Assembly (NCBI GenBank): GCA_964449955.1
Contig: CAYVBS010000004.1
Span: 1-43,114 of the forward strand
Origin: an uncultured Candidatus Saccharibacteria bacterium
Lineage (GTDB): Bacteria; Patescibacteriota; Dojkabacteria; SC72
Reading direction: 5' to 3'
Length of the DNA stretch: 43,114 nucleotides
Under the pieces are notes generated by a model, which saw only the letters and a list, made by a program, of their open reading frames with translations, ran no database searches and was not told where the DNA came from. Position numbers and translations under genes: made by a program. This document shows positions 42,789 through 43,114 of the stretch, one piece after another; within the stretch, counting starts at the first letter, position 1, and each line of letters opens with the position of its first letter.

Positions 42789-43114
42789 TTAGCTTAACTC
42801 TTTACTCATATACAAGCCTGTATCCTTAAATCCTCTCTTTGCATAGTACTCTTTAGTACCTATTGCGGAGATTACAGATAGCTTAGTATATTTATTTCTC
42901 TTAGTAATACCCTCTGCAATCTCTATCATCTTTTTACCTAAACCTAAGTGTTGAGACTCACCACTACTCTCTTTGCCAATATTAACAACAGTACCGTACA
43001 CATGTACCTCTCTAATTATTGCACTATCCCTTAATTCATCTATGAAGTTCTCTTTCTTAGGAAGAGAAAGACGAAGGAAGGAACATATTCTATCTGTAAT
43101 TTTTGTTCTGTAGG
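42789..43114 (-). CDS. elp3: Elp3-like radical-SAM/GNAT tRNA-modification enzyme. Only the C-terminal GNAT part is present; the gene continues beyond the window.
   Basis: Frame is open to the window end. ...CSFLRLSLPKKENFIDELRDSAIIREVHVYGTVVNIG...QHLGLGKKMIEIAEGI...LSVISAIGTKEYYAKRGFKDTGLYMSK matches the Elp3 C-terminus (GFLRLR...IRELHVYG...QHxGxG...VISGVGTRxYYRKxGY..GPYMxK). Confidence 0.7.
   Translation of the reverse strand, partial: YRTKITDRICSFLRLSLPKKENFIDELRDSAIIREVHVYGTVVNIGKESSGESQHLGLGKKMIEIAEGITKRNKYTKLSVISAIGTKEYYAKRGFKDTGLYMSKELS

Noticed and set aside
1-43114. Alternative genetic code (UGA reassignment, as in some small-genome lineages)
   Set aside because: TGA terminates well-supported genes exactly at operon junctions, for example ATGA at 27135-27138 and GTGA at 17696-17699. 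All long ORFs are intact under the standard code.
1-43114. CRISPR arrays, rRNA genes, transposases or insertion sequences
   Set aside because: No regularly spaced direct repeats, no rRNA-like conserved blocks, and no DDE or serine/tyrosine recombinase motifs were seen in any ORF.

Overview
AT-rich, very gene-dense bacterial window using the standard genetic code: TGA acts as a stop at 27136-27138 and 17696-17698. All calls come from motif recognition by eye; no searches were run. Most start codons lack a Shine-Dalgarno motif, and several -10 boxes sit 6-8 nt from the start codon. Gene content includes SecA, RecO, tRNA-Lys(CUU), a bacterial Elp3 homologue, giant glycine-rich surface proteins and many GT2/GT4/GT-C enzymes. 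This resembles an uncultivated small-genome bacterium (CPR/Patescibacteria-like), but that is inference only. The dominant feature is an envelope-glycan island at 11037-29614. It encodes Ugd, UDP-GlcA 4-epimerase, an ArnC/GtrB-like polyprenyl-P GT2, an acetyltransferase, two Wzx-type flippases, two ArnT/PMT-like GT-C enzymes, two further GT2, two GT4 and two CapK/PaaK-like adenylate-forming enzymes. A second glycan operon lies at 36299-39219 (two tandem GT4 plus the initiating phosphoglycosyl transferase) and is translationally coupled to recO. The whole region is bracketed by two large surface proteins (1-3144 and 39899-41998) that share a distinctive C-terminal TM/CarboxypepD_reg-like anchor module. 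Housekeeping and accessory genes are a DUF892 ferritin-like protein, an eRF1/Pelota-like (baeRF) protein with a degenerate GGQ loop, a ferredoxin-NUDIX-HIT operon, an alpha/beta hydrolase, a DsbA-like oxidoreductase, a VapBC toxin-antitoxin pair with an operator palindrome, an exported beta-helix repeat membrane protein, an M23 peptidase and a NYN-domain protein. Best candidates for something undescribed: (1) the alternating adenylate-forming ligase/GT4 cassettes next to uronic-acid precursor genes; (2) a possible polyprenyl-P-uronate/GT-C surface decoration route; (3) a ~190-nt GC-enriched structured non-coding element after secA; (4) a hairpin-dense non-coding block with a near-consensus promoter at 5827-6059; (5) a ~73-bp intergenic cassette present twice. 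No CRISPR array, rRNA, transposase or integrase was seen.
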